IMG/VR virus record: IMGVR_UViG_3300040811_000825 | Coordinates: 4,184 to 68,183 of that record | DNA length: 64,000 bases | Source: a virus | Reading direction: 5' to 3' (one strand) | Shown: piece after piece, positions 36,243 through 45,538 of the stretch | How positions within the stretch are numbered: the stretch's first letter is position 1 | Layout: each line of letters begins with the position of its first letter | Notes under the pieces: generated by a model | Databases searched by the model: none | Told to the model about the DNA's origin: nothing | The model's input: the letters and a program-made list of their open reading frames with translations, nothing else | Program-made: the position numbers and the translations under genes

Positions 36243-36788
36243 TCAGTCGATTCCGCCATATGCGTTACCAGGTGGGAATGCAGGTGCATTACCAGTGGTG
36301 ATACCAGACATTGCTACCAGAGTTTCAGACTTAACTCTGTAGTTTCCTTCAGTGTCAATGTAGGTTGTAACTCCAACCCAACCACCATGAGTCAGTGCGA
36401 ATGCAGAAGATTGTGCATTATCCAGACCTTCTGATGCGACGCCATAAATGTATGAATCGTCAGCACCTACACCAGACTTCTCACTATACTTGGAATCAAG
36501 AATAGAAGACTTGGGAAGTTGACTTCCAACATAAGTTGTTCCAGCAATCGCTACACCACTCAGACCAGCAGTTGAACCAATCGTCAGAGATTCTGTACTT
36601 GCGACACTAACAACAACGGCATCACCAAAATACACATTGTCTCTAGTACCAAAGCGAATTACATCTCCTTCTTGGATTGCTCCAGTTTCACCAAAAGTGG
36701 TTCCGGATCCAGTAACTGCTCCAGTCTGATAATTAAGTGATACTGTTCCACCGCCACGGATGGAATCATTATTCCCCCAAAGTGCCAT
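36243..36788 (-). CDS. Virion structural-type protein
   Basis: MALWG start, HGGWVG, RVKSETLVAMS; exact TATAAATA upstream. Confidence 0.8.
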   Translation of the reverse strand: MALWGNNDSIRGGGTVSLNYQTGAVTGSGTTFGETGAIQEGDVIRFGTRDNVYFGDAVVVSVASTESLTIGSTAGLSGVAIAGTTYVGSQLPKSSILDSKYSEKSGVGADDSYIYGVASEGLDNAQSSAFALTHGGWVGVTTYIDTEGNYRVKSETLVAMSGITTGNAPAFPPGNAYGGID

Positions 36789-36819
36789 GTCTTTCTTCCG
36801 TTGAAATATTTGCTAATTA

Positions 36820-36857
36820 TATTTATAAAAATGGGAGACCTTGAATTTAGTCTCCCA
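36820..36857 (-). promoter_or_regulatory. Terminator hairpin followed by T4 late promoter TATAAATA
   Basis: TGGGAGAC..GTCTCCCA-TTTT, then TATAAATA at 36827-36820. Confidence 0.8.
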
Positions 36858-36862
36858 GAGTA

Positions 36863-37066
36863 TCATTCTTCGTCTCTTGCTTTGATTGCCTTAGTGACAA
36901 CCTCAAGAAGTTGATCGTCCATATCGGTCTTGGTCAGCTTAACCGCTTTACCCAAGATAACAAGACAGATCTCAACCAACTTTTCACCGAGTTCTTCGTT
37001 TTCTGGAATCTTGTTAACGGCATCAGAAATTACCTTTGAAGCTAATGGGAGTAAAAATGACAGCAT
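36863..37066 (-). CDS. Hypothetical protein
   Basis: ORF track; GAGG RBS. Confidence 0.8.
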   Translation of the reverse strand: MLSFLLPLASKVISDAVNKIPENEELGEKLVEICLVILGKAVKLTKTDMDDQLLEVVTKAIKARDEE

Positions 37067-37095
37067 GATAATCCTCAGTTAATACTAACTATATA

Positions 37096-37854
37096 TCAAC
37101 TATCAGGAGTAAATACACCCTTATTAAAAGTACCCCACTTACCTTTGTGGGTTCCACGCATACCCTTACCCTTTCCTCTAGCAGTTTCTATATCTTTAAT
37201 AAACTTACCATACTTTTTGCGTTTGTCATCTTTAGCAAACTGCTTCTTCTCTTTGTCATCTCTAGCATACTTTGCTGAACGACCAGCGTCAGTATTGCTA
37301 TAAATTTCATTGACTTTTTCTTTCCCTTGGCAATGTGCTCTCTGAGAAAAACCTTTTGGATTATCGCAGTCAATTGATTTTTTATACTTAGCAGACCACC
37401 CTTCACTCTTGATGCCACCAATACGATCAATAGCACGACCTAAAGCACGGCCAATCTTGTCACGCTTACGATCTTTTGGTTTTGAAACAGAAGAACTGCC
37501 TTTCTGACGCTTGGCATAGTCCATATAAGACTCACCCTTGCGAAGTTTCTTAGGATCTGGTTTAGCAGTTGGTTTAGAACTTCCTGCACGATCTTCACGG
37601 GCACGGGCTTTATTACCAGCACCACTAATCTGTGCATCTTTCTTGGGGTCTGGGTGCCAATAATCACCAGCCTCCTTAACTTCCACTTTACTAGGAAGAC
37701 CTTTATGCTTTGTTGATGCAAAGTCTTTTGCATCTTTTTTCTTCATTGATGCTGCTGCTTGAGCAACTTCAGGAGAAGGTGCTGCCATCTCCCCCTTCTT
37801 CACGGCATGGACCATACCCATAAACCGTTGTTGTGCTTTTGATACTGCTGGCAT
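37096..37854 (-). CDS. Lys-rich modular protein, probably capsid-internal
   Basis: Basic modules separated by VKE, KSE and VNE. Confidence 0.8.
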   Translation of the reverse strand: MPAVSKAQQRFMGMVHAVKKGEMAAPSPEVAQAAASMKKKDAKDFASTKHKGLPSKVEVKEAGDYWHPDPKKDAQISGAGNKARAREDRAGSSKPTAKPDPKKLRKGESYMDYAKRQKGSSSVSKPKDRKRDKIGRALGRAIDRIGGIKSEGWSAKYKKSIDCDNPKGFSQRAHCQGKEKVNEIYSNTDAGRSAKYARDDKEKKQFAKDDKRKKYGKFIKDIETARGKGKGMRGTHKGKWGTFNKGVFTPDS

Positions 37855-39362
37855 TACTTTTTCTTCGTATCTATGATAGCACCCTTTCCATACTTGGATT
37901 GGATTTGTGCTTTTACAATGTCAATTGCTTTAGAAGTACTTGGTGCTTTCTTTGAATTAGTAGCGACATTTTTAGCAGGACGACGATAATCTACATTACC
38001 ATCAACACCACCACGCTCTTGACGCATATCCCTCAAACGATCTTCTGCAGACTCACCCATTGCCTTAGCAGGTTGAGCCGCACCAGGTTTTTCTTTACTG
38101 AGTTGTTGTGCTCTCTTCATAGCAATCATTCTATCAATTCTTGCTTTTTTCTTTTGGAGCATCAGTTCCTGAGGAGACATTGATGCCTCTTCACTGGTCA
38201 TTCCAAGAACAGATGGTTTGGTCTTCTTGGTAATCTTGTCATGTGCCTTGATTGAATGTGCTTCGTGATCAGCATAAGACTTTCCAGCAGATGGCCCAAG
38301 TCTACCAGGAGACTTTGCCTTGCTTCCTGCCTTTTTTTCTGCTGCCCTTTCTTTAGCAGCAGCTTTTCTCATTGCAGCATCTGCACCATACACACCTTCG
38401 CCAACTAATTCCTCACCAATCTTCTCTTTACGACCCACACCAGCACCTCTATAGGTGGTTGGTTTCTTTTCTACAGGACCTCTACCAGACTTATATCCTG
38501 CTTTAGCAATTTTCCTAATTTTATCAATCTTTGATTGAATACTTGATTTTGCCTTACCAGGTGCTGCTTGAACTGCTGCCTTTGCTTTTGCTGCTTGACC
38601 GACTGCACGACCAGCACCAAAAATTGCTTTCTTAGCAGCAGACTTAACTCTATCCTTCAAGGATTTTTTAGGTGCTTCTCCCTTGTTCTTTTCTGCAGCT
38701 GCCTTTGATGCTGCTACTGCAGAATCATAGTAACCCTCATCCAGAGTATTCAGTGCAGACTCAATACCAAACTCAACATCATCCTCAGAAAATCCTTCTT
38801 GAATCAGTTCATCATACACACTTTCGATGACATAATCCATCTCATCGATTTCAATCTGCTCAAGCAGAGTTCCACCCATTTCCTCAACTGCTTCTCCCAG
38901 TTTAGGATTAATAACTACTTTATTGTTGACTTTCTTTTCTTTAATTGGTTTATCATTCTCATCATTGATAACTTCAGACAGTGACTCTCTTTCTTCTTTG
39001 AGTCTCTTCTTCATCGCATTACCAATAGCCTTGCGACGCTTATGGAGATACTTGTCAGACTTATCAGTATCACCATCATTATCGATGTCAGCATCTTCTT
39101 GACCTACGGGGTCAAGTTTTTCATCAACATACTTCTTCTTTGGATATTCTGGATGATCGTCCATCTTCTTACCATGCTTCTTCTCAAGTGCTGCTTTCTT
39201 CTCAGCAGTCTTCTTCTTGATACGCTCAGCAGCAGACATTTGATCTGCCTTGGAGATGCCAGTTACAGCGCCAAGTTTCTCCGCAGGTTTACCAGGAACA
39301 TACGACTCTGCTACGTTCTCTAAGTATACCTTGGAAATATCATTCAAAGGATTGGTTGACAT
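37854..39362 (-). CDS. Lys/Ala-rich modular protein, probably capsid-internal
   Basis: Modules separated by VAE, VDE, LKE, LSE, LGE, LDE, VGE, MGE; DIDNDGD motif. Confidence 0.85.
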   Translation of the reverse strand: MSTNPLNDISKVYLENVAESYVPGKPAEKLGAVTGISKADQMSAAERIKKKTAEKKAALEKKHGKKMDDHPEYPKKKYVDEKLDPVGQEDADIDNDGDTDKSDKYLHKRRKAIGNAMKKRLKEERESLSEVINDENDKPIKEKKVNNKVVINPKLGEAVEEMGGTLLEQIEIDEMDYVIESVYDELIQEGFSEDDVEFGIESALNTLDEGYYDSAVAASKAAAEKNKGEAPKKSLKDRVKSAAKKAIFGAGRAVGQAAKAKAAVQAAPGKAKSSIQSKIDKIRKIAKAGYKSGRGPVEKKPTTYRGAGVGRKEKIGEELVGEGVYGADAAMRKAAAKERAAEKKAGSKAKSPGRLGPSAGKSYADHEAHSIKAHDKITKKTKPSVLGMTSEEASMSPQELMLQKKKARIDRMIAMKRAQQLSKEKPGAAQPAKAMGESAEDRLRDMRQERGGVDGNVDYRRPAKNVATNSKKAPSTSKAIDIVKAQIQSKYGKGAIIDTKKK

Positions 39363-39366
39363 TGTT

Positions 39367-40590
39367 CTACTTTTTTTTCTTATACTTATTTATGAAGTTC
39401 TTAATCTCCTGAGTTCCTGTCATATGCATTGCATATTGACGATAAGAATCAGTTCCAACTTCTCTCCGATCAGCAGAAACACCTGAGGGGCCAGGATAGT
39501 TTTGAACTGCTTCCATCACATCACGGATCCAAGATTTGAACATTACATTCTCTTTGGTTACACAAATCAAGTGATTTGTTCCTCTGCGAACAATCTCACC
39601 AATCAAACCAGTGTTCATGTTTTCAACAATATCACCAATGCGATAAATCAAACCATTTACATATTGCTCACGAAGTCCTTTCGCATCAAACTTAGGAGCA
39701 ATCTCCCACATCTCCGCGACTTCTTTCTTCTTCTTAATCTTCATTCCAGAACGAACTGCATCAAATAATGCTTGAGTATCGCCATCATCCAGTTCTTTTG
39801 GAGTACCGAGACGGAAAGCATCAAAGTCACCATCAACAACAGCCTTTCTCATCTTAGATGCAGACATACCCTCAACACCTTCAGCATCAGCATCTCTTAC
39901 ACCAGCAGAGATTACACGAATGTTCTCAAAGTCATAGAGTTCTCCATTATATTTGGTTGCCAGATTTTCAAACTCTGCCTGACGATCAGAACCAACAATA
40001 ATGTTAACACTCGTATATCCTTGCTCACTTGCAATAGTAAGAACATTAAAGATAGATCTCATATCACCATCATTCACAATATTCTCTGAGTAATCAGGGA
40101 ACATTTTCTTCATATACGAAATCTTCATATCAGGATCAAGTGGATTCTTCTTAGAATCCTGCGTTCTTGAAGGATAGATTTTAAGATCTCCACCAGCAGA
40201 TGCTTTCTTCGCAGCACTCAATAGTTTTCCATGGCCAACAGTAGGTGGATTAAAACGACCAAAAGCAACAGTCAAAGTATCTGCTTGAGTTTCTGTTTCT
40301 TGGTCTTGTGGTGTTGCTGCCTTCTTTGTTGGTTCTTGCTCTTTTGTTGGTGGTTTAGTTTGAGTTCCTGTTGGTTGTTGGTTTGCAGAAGTTCTTACTT
40401 GCTTAGGATCTTGCTCACCTGGTTTCTGACTTTGATTAAAGAACTTGAGTTTTCCATCTTCAGTCTTCGCAACAAATTCTCCACGGCTATCTAACCAACC
40501 ACCGTGGCCATCACTCTTAAGGTTTAACTTCTTCGCCTGCATACTTGCCTGCGATTGTGCCTCACTTAAAAATTGGAAAAAACTTTTCAT
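39367..40590 (-). CDS. Cytidylyltransferase-like (HIGH superfamily) nucleotidyltransferase
   Basis: FGRFNPPTVGH, VGSDR, MSASKMR; N-terminus MKSFFQFLSE. Confidence 0.85.
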   Translation of the reverse strand: MKSFFQFLSEAQSQASMQAKKLNLKSDGHGGWLDSRGEFVAKTEDGKLKFFNQSQKPGEQDPKQVRTSANQQPTGTQTKPPTKEQEPTKKAATPQDQETETQADTLTVAFGRFNPPTVGHGKLLSAAKKASAGGDLKIYPSRTQDSKKNPLDPDMKISYMKKMFPDYSENIVNDGDMRSIFNVLTIASEQGYTSVNIIVGSDRQAEFENLATKYNGELYDFENIRVISAGVRDADAEGVEGMSASKMRKAVVDGDFDAFRLGTPKELDDGDTQALFDAVRSGMKIKKKKEVAEMWEIAPKFDAKGLREQYVNGLIYRIGDIVENMNTGLIGEIVRRGTNHLICVTKENVMFKSWIRDVMEAVQNYPGPSGVSADRREVGTDSYRQYAMHMTGTQEIKNFINKYKKKK

Positions 40591-40625
40591 CTATATTGTT
40601 AGTCCTTATACTATATTTAGTGTTT

Positions 40626-42296
40626 TTACTTCCACCTATCTGGACCAAATGTTTTTTTCGCTGCTTCTTTCTTGTAGAGAGCAGCAAAACTATTCTTCTT
40701 AACAGACATAAACACTTGGAACTGAGGTTCTCCTGTAAGGGCACCTTTATATCTTACTTCAAGCATAACCACACTGATTGGTTTTCCTGGTTTTCCAATC
40801 AACATTTCATAAAATAATTTAGCAGCTGTTGCAGTTGCCTCAAAAGCATGTGGTTTATCTTTTTGCTGAACAAGTCTATAAGCACTTTGATCTGGGTCAG
40901 AAAATATCTTTCTAAAAATTTCTGACGTTAATCTACCTTCCTTTTCTAGTGGAGGTTTGACTTCAAATATCTGGCCATTTTTATAATCACCTTCTCCAGT
41001 TAAAAGGCTGAAGTGAAATGCAGCGTCTGCCAAATAAGTATCAAGATTGATTTTAAATATGGTGTCTAAAAATTCTTTGAAGAACTCCTCATTATTATCA
41101 AAGTATTTAATAAAAACCCTATCCATTTCCTGGAAATAGATATTTGGATTAACTCTATACTTTCCCTGTCCACGAAGCATTTCACTTTTTTCAGTTCTGT
41201 TCGTAAATTCATTATTACATGCTTTTAATACTTCCTTTACGGGCATCTTATTAATATCCTTACCCTTATAAGAAGTGTTGCCAACTTTTACCTTGAGTGC
41301 TCCTCTAAAAAATTCAAGTTTTTTATCTTCAATTTTTCTATGTTCTCCCGCAGGAATACTTTTTGTAAGAAATCCTTTAGCACCATATGCGGGTTTATTT
41401 AAAAGAGTTGGTTCTGGTTCTCCAATACCTCTTTTCTTCAAACTCAAACCCCAATAATGAGTTGCCTCATGACTTCCTTTGGTTTGAAATTTAACAATAA
41501 TATCGGATGAGTTATAGTTCTGAATAGTCTTTGGTCCAACATTAAACTTCTTGATTTCAGATGCCCATTTTGTACCAGTCTGCCAGACAGTTTCAACATT
41601 TGCAGTTCCAATCTCATCAATAACATAATTTGAAACAGATACTGCTTTCGCTAAATTTACAAGATCGGGTTCAGTCTGATCACTATCAGTGTAAAAACCA
41701 TTAAGACCTGCAGCACCTTCAATCTTACTAGCTTTCTTATACAAAGTATCTACTATTGCTTTATATTCATCTACGGCATTCTTTTTATTGTTTATCTTTT
41801 TATAATCAACATAAATTTTTTCTTGTATGAGAACTGCTGTCATTAACTCATGAGGGTCCTCTCTCTTTCCTGCAGACCCATTAGACATACCCTTTGATTG
41901 AAGGAGAATAGTAATGGCGGCTCTGTTCTTTCCTTCTTCGGTTGCCTTGATTATATAAGACTTAATTCCAGTTCCAGCAACAACTTGCTCGTCATAGGTG
42001 AAAGTATATGCAACTTTCGGTGGAACTTCTTCTACTATTGCTTTCTCTAATTCGGATTGTCTTCCTTCAATATATGACTTGAATTGACCTCTCAACCAAT
42101 CACGTTCCGTTTTAGATCTAATCCTAGGTTTCAAGACAACTGTTGAGCCACTCTTAGCAAAGATCATATCTTCGGATTTATCACTCCACGCATCAATTTC
42201 TCTATCACCACCCGGTATAGATGTGCTAGAAAAAAACCTACTAAGATCCCCAAAGATCTTCTTGGAATTATTTACTACAGTCTGTGCGGCGGACAT
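40626..42296 (-). CDS. Hypothetical protein, possibly PD-(D/E)xK nuclease-like
   Basis: 556 aa; HE...SSDIIV...GLSLKK; CTAAATA upstream. Confidence 0.75.
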   Translation of the reverse strand: MSAAQTVVNNSKKIFGDLSRFFSSTSIPGGDREIDAWSDKSEDMIFAKSGSTVVLKPRIRSKTERDWLRGQFKSYIEGRQSELEKAIVEEVPPKVAYTFTYDEQVVAGTGIKSYIIKATEEGKNRAAITILLQSKGMSNGSAGKREDPHELMTAVLIQEKIYVDYKKINNKKNAVDEYKAIVDTLYKKASKIEGAAGLNGFYTDSDQTEPDLVNLAKAVSVSNYVIDEIGTANVETVWQTGTKWASEIKKFNVGPKTIQNYNSSDIIVKFQTKGSHEATHYWGLSLKKRGIGEPEPTLLNKPAYGAKGFLTKSIPAGEHRKIEDKKLEFFRGALKVKVGNTSYKGKDINKMPVKEVLKACNNEFTNRTEKSEMLRGQGKYRVNPNIYFQEMDRVFIKYFDNNEEFFKEFLDTIFKINLDTYLADAAFHFSLLTGEGDYKNGQIFEVKPPLEKEGRLTSEIFRKIFSDPDQSAYRLVQQKDKPHAFEATATAAKLFYEMLIGKPGKPISVVMLEVRYKGALTGEPQFQVFMSVKKNSFAALYKKEAAKKTFGPDRWK

Positions 42297-42323
42297 GCAT
42301 GAATACTTTCTAAGTATTTAGAA

Positions 42324-42396
42324 TGGAGTTAAGGAGACTCGAACTCCTGACATCCTGCTTGCAAAGCAGGCGCTCTACCAACTGAGCTATAACCCC
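42324..42396 (-). tRNA. tRNA-Ala(TGC)
   Basis: CCTGC-TTTGCAA-GCAGG; G3-U70; TTGACA-N17-TATAAT upstream. Confidence 0.95.
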
Positions 42397-42469
42397 GAAC
42401 AAAGACATTATAAAACCCACTCAACACAATGTCAAGTGGGTAATGTCAACTTCCCAAGCAGTTTATTTA

Positions 42470-42799
42470 TCAGTCACACATGATACCAAGGATTCTTTCA
42501 ATCTCTTCTGCAGTGAAAAGACCAGTTGCTTCCAGTTCTTCCTTCTTCAGATTTGCCTTGCGACGTTTCTTCTCAATTTGCTTACGAGTAACAACTTCTC
42601 CTTTGCCACGATTGGCATCAGGATCATAATTACTAGGAGGAGTATAGTTACTTCCAAAAGATTTGATGTTAGCTCTTACACGGGCAGTATGTTGCTTATT
42701 GCTAGTGCGCCGTGAATCTTCAGCAACATTCTCAACTTCTTGAGGAGCATAAACTTGATTATATGCTTCTTGAAGACCTCTAATCTCTTCGTAGTTCAT
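42470..42799 (-). CDS. Basic hypothetical protein, probably capsid-internal
   Basis: LQE-AY..ENVAE-module-KEE; TATAAATA upstream. Confidence 0.75.
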   Translation of the reverse strand: MNYEEIRGLQEAYNQVYAPQEVENVAEDSRRTSNKQHTARVRANIKSFGSNYTPPSNYDPDANRGKGEVVTRKQIEKKRRKANLKKEELEATGLFTAEEIERILGIMCD

Positions 42800-42819
42800 T
42801 TTTATAAAGACTTTTCAAA

Positions 42820-42853
42820 TATTTATAAAAAAAGACCCCCGATTAGGGAGTCT
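42820..42853 (-). promoter_or_regulatory. Terminator plus T4 late promoter TATAAATA
   Basis: AGACTCCC..GGGGGTCT-T6, then TATAAATA at 42827-42820. Confidence 0.8.
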
Positions 42854-43055
42854 CAGATTCTTCTTTCTTTTTGTTGAATCCAAAAGGAAGAGTTTCTTCA
42901 AGTTTCAGTTTGAGAGCAACACCACCAACTGCTTCCATTACTTTCAGAACATCTTCTGGTTTAGCATCTTCACCCAGTTCTTTGGCAACATACCAATACT
43001 TAGGCCAAAACTCTTCTCCTGCCCTTTGGTAATCCTCAAGCGTCAGTAGTTTCAT
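42843..43055 (-). CDS. Hypothetical protein
   Basis: ORF track. Confidence 0.75.
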   Translation of the reverse strand: MKLLTLEDYQRAGEEFWPKYWYVAKELGEDAKPEDVLKVMEAVGGVALKLKLEETLPFGFNKKKEESETP

Positions 43056-43221
43056 TCTTTAATTCCTCTTCAATTTGTTTATCAAGTTCCACAATCAAAT
43101 TTCTAATGTCAGAGATTCTTTGTGGGCAGCAAGTTGGGTCAAGTGTATAACCTTTTTGCTCAATAAACAATGCTTGCCTTAGACCAGCAGCTTGTCTTAC
43201 ATCAATTTCAAGTTTGATCAC
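43036..43221 (-). CDS. Hypothetical protein
   Basis: ORF track; GTGA overlap with mazG. Confidence 0.7.
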   Translation of the reverse strand: MIKLEIDVRQAAGLRQALFIEQKGYTLDPTCCPQRISDIRNLIVELDKQIEEELKNETTDA

Positions 43222-43628
43222 AGGTCTCCCTCCTTACGATTTTCAGAATAGTGAACATCAAAACTACCACCAGGGTAGCGTGCTTCTAGTTTATCAACAT
43301 TCATCTCAATGACTTCATCAAAGGTGGTGTCAAGTGCCATACATGCTTGAGCAAGATACCAACAGATATCACCTAATTCCCGCTTCATATGAAAGACATT
43401 CTCTTCACTGTAAGGTTTGCCTTGAAAGACAATCTTCTTAACAACCTCAGTGAACTCGCCAGACTCTGCAGTCAAACCGAGTGCAGCAGTCAGAAGTTGA
43501 GTAACATTAGCACCATTGGCTTCCAGTTCAGTCAATCGTGATGACAGAGCAGGATACTCAAGACTAGGAGTGCTAGTCACGCCATGGACAAACTCAAGGT
43601 ATTTATCAGTGTCAACTTTTTGGGTCAT
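43218..43628 (-). CDS. mazG: MazG-family NTP pyrophosphohydrolase
   Basis: GLTAESGEFTEVVKK, KRELGDICWY, KLEARY; start at MTQKVD. Confidence 0.92.
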   Translation of the reverse strand: MTQKVDTDKYLEFVHGVTSTPSLEYPALSSRLTELEANGANVTQLLTAALGLTAESGEFTEVVKKIVFQGKPYSEENVFHMKRELGDICWYLAQACMALDTTFDEVIEMNVDKLEARYPGGSFDVHYSENRKEGDL

Positions 43629-43632
43629 AATT

Positions 43633-45009
43633 TCAAAACTTGAATCCTTCAAAAGATTTTTTTGGTTTGCGTTCTTCAAAATCATACTCTTCTTCTTTGC
43701 CTTTGTCAAGAACATCATCTTGTGCTGACTGCTCACAATCATACAGTCTCATTTTAGCACGATCAATACCAACAATAAATCTCTTATGGATTGTTGGATC
43801 GTTGTAGCGATTCTTCAACTGCTTTACCATAATTTGTCCCAAGTCTTCAAGCTCATCTGTAGAAATAAGGGCAAACATAAGATCAGCAGTAGCAGGCAAC
43901 CCAAAGGACTCAGAAGTATCAGTAATGTCAACGTCAGAGCTACCATAACCGCTGCGAGTGGTCTGCGTGGCAGAAACGATAGGGACGTTTGCTTCAACAG
44001 CCAATCCTCGAAGCTCTTCAGCAATTGCTTTGATATAAGAATATGAATTGACAGTGCTATTTCCGCGATACCGTTCGGAAGCACATATATTAAGGTAATC
44101 AATGAAAATAATATCAGGTCTAAATGATTTCTTAAGTGCAAGTTCATTAAGAAGTGACTTAAAGTGTCCACTGTGTGCGCTCGCTGTAGGGTACTCTTTA
44201 ATAATTAACTGACCTTGAGTTTTCTTTGCAAGGTTTGTTACTTTATTTTCAAACATCACCTTTGGGAGATCAGTTATCTCTTGGATAGGGACGTTGAGAA
44301 GATTAGCATCAATTCTTTCTGCAATCTTTTCTTCAGCCATTTCCATCGTGATGTATAATACATTGTTTCCGCTGAGGAGAGCCCCAGATGCGACATGACA
44401 CATAAACAAAGATTTACCGACACCAGTGCCAGCGAGAGCAATGTTAAGCGTTTTATTCGGTAGACCACCTTTGGTAATTTTGTTGAAATATTCAAGGTCA
44501 AATTCGATCTTGTCTTCTTTGCGGTGGTATGTCTCATATCTTGCCTCATAATCAAGAAGATAGTCGTGTCCAATGTGAGTGTCAAAGGAGACCGCCAGAG
44601 CGTCTGAGAGGATGCTTGGGATAGCATCACGGTCCTTCTTCTCATCTTTACCATCAGCAAGTGCGATGGACTCCATAAGTGCCAGATAGATAGCACGGTC
44701 CCTACACCACTTCTCTGTAGTATCACATAACCAATCAAAATCTGTAGGGACATCCTCAAGATAACTGATAAGTTTTGTTATCTCTTTAAAAGAAGAGTCG
44801 TTGATGTCAGATCTCTTTTCAGTTTCAATACAAAGAACTTCTTTCGTTGCAGGTTGATTATACTCCTGAACAAAACTAGAAACTTCTTCAAATACAGTTC
44901 TCTGAATGGGATCTTCAAAGTAGTCGGCTTTAATAAAAGGAACTACCTTACGAAGATACTCTTCATTATAGATTAGATTACGAAGAATCAGAATTTCAAC
45001 TTTGTCCAT
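43633..45009 (-). CDS. gp41: Replicative DNA helicase (T4 gp41)
   Basis: AGTGVGKS, IFIDYLNIC, SATQTTR, KQLKNRY. Confidence 0.96.
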   Translation of the reverse strand: MDKVEILILRNLIYNEEYLRKVVPFIKADYFEDPIQRTVFEEVSSFVQEYNQPATKEVLCIETEKRSDINDSSFKEITKLISYLEDVPTDFDWLCDTTEKWCRDRAIYLALMESIALADGKDEKKDRDAIPSILSDALAVSFDTHIGHDYLLDYEARYETYHRKEDKIEFDLEYFNKITKGGLPNKTLNIALAGTGVGKSLFMCHVASGALLSGNNVLYITMEMAEEKIAERIDANLLNVPIQEITDLPKVMFENKVTNLAKKTQGQLIIKEYPTASAHSGHFKSLLNELALKKSFRPDIIFIDYLNICASERYRGNSTVNSYSYIKAIAEELRGLAVEANVPIVSATQTTRSGYGSSDVDITDTSESFGLPATADLMFALISTDELEDLGQIMVKQLKNRYNDPTIHKRFIVGIDRAKMRLYDCEQSAQDDVLDKGKEEEYDFEERKPKKSFEGFKF

Positions 45010-45538
45010 GCGGAATATCAAAAACGAATGTTATCCTTGTTTCATCACCGACATTCACCGTGCCGTGAGGAAGTTTATTGTTGAACCAAAGAAGAGTTCC
45101 TGGTTCAACGATGACAGTTTCTTTGCCGCAGAAATATTGATATCTTCCAAGTATAGAAAGATGATACCTGTTTCTGCTCAGGTAATAAGTACCTTCATCA
45201 ATATGAGCACCTACAATCTCATCTACAGGAAGTGAAAGAAAACCGCACCGATGAATATCCGCATTCTTAAACTGTTTGCGTATGATCTTTCTGATTTCAC
45301 TGTGATGAGCATAGGCTGGAGTTTTAATATTGATCTCCGAGTCTCCCACAAAATCATCTTTGTGTTTGACACCACCTATTATAAGTTGAAGTGCGCTGAC
45401 TGGCAAGTCTGCGAATCCCCTATCAACTAAGGATTGGGATCCTTCCAGAGTTTTCTGGTGATCCCAATCCTGTGGATATTTCTTCAGTTGTTGTACTACT
45501 TTACTTACATTGATTCCAGTTTTTAGAATCTTAATCAT
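44996..45538 (-). CDS. Aspartyl/asparaginyl beta-hydroxylase-like 2OG-Fe(II) oxygenase
   Basis: HID...RYHL...WFNNKLPH...RITFVFD. Confidence 0.85.
   Translation of the reverse strand: MIKILKTGINVSKVVQQLKKYPQDWDHQKTLEGSQSLVDRGFADLPVSALQLIIGGVKHKDDFVGDSEINIKTPAYAHHSEIRKIIRKQFKNADIHRCGFLSLPVDEIVGAHIDEGTYYLSRNRYHLSILGRYQYFCGKETVIVEPGTLLWFNNKLPHGTVNVGDETRITFVFDIPHGQS

Noticed and set aside
40445-40817. Short ORFs spanning the junction of the 407-aa and 556-aa genes
   Set aside because: They overlap two better-supported genes and have no independent signals
42324-42396. tRNA-Ala as a prophage or island attachment site
   Set aside because: No integrase and no duplicated tRNA 3' end seen in the window
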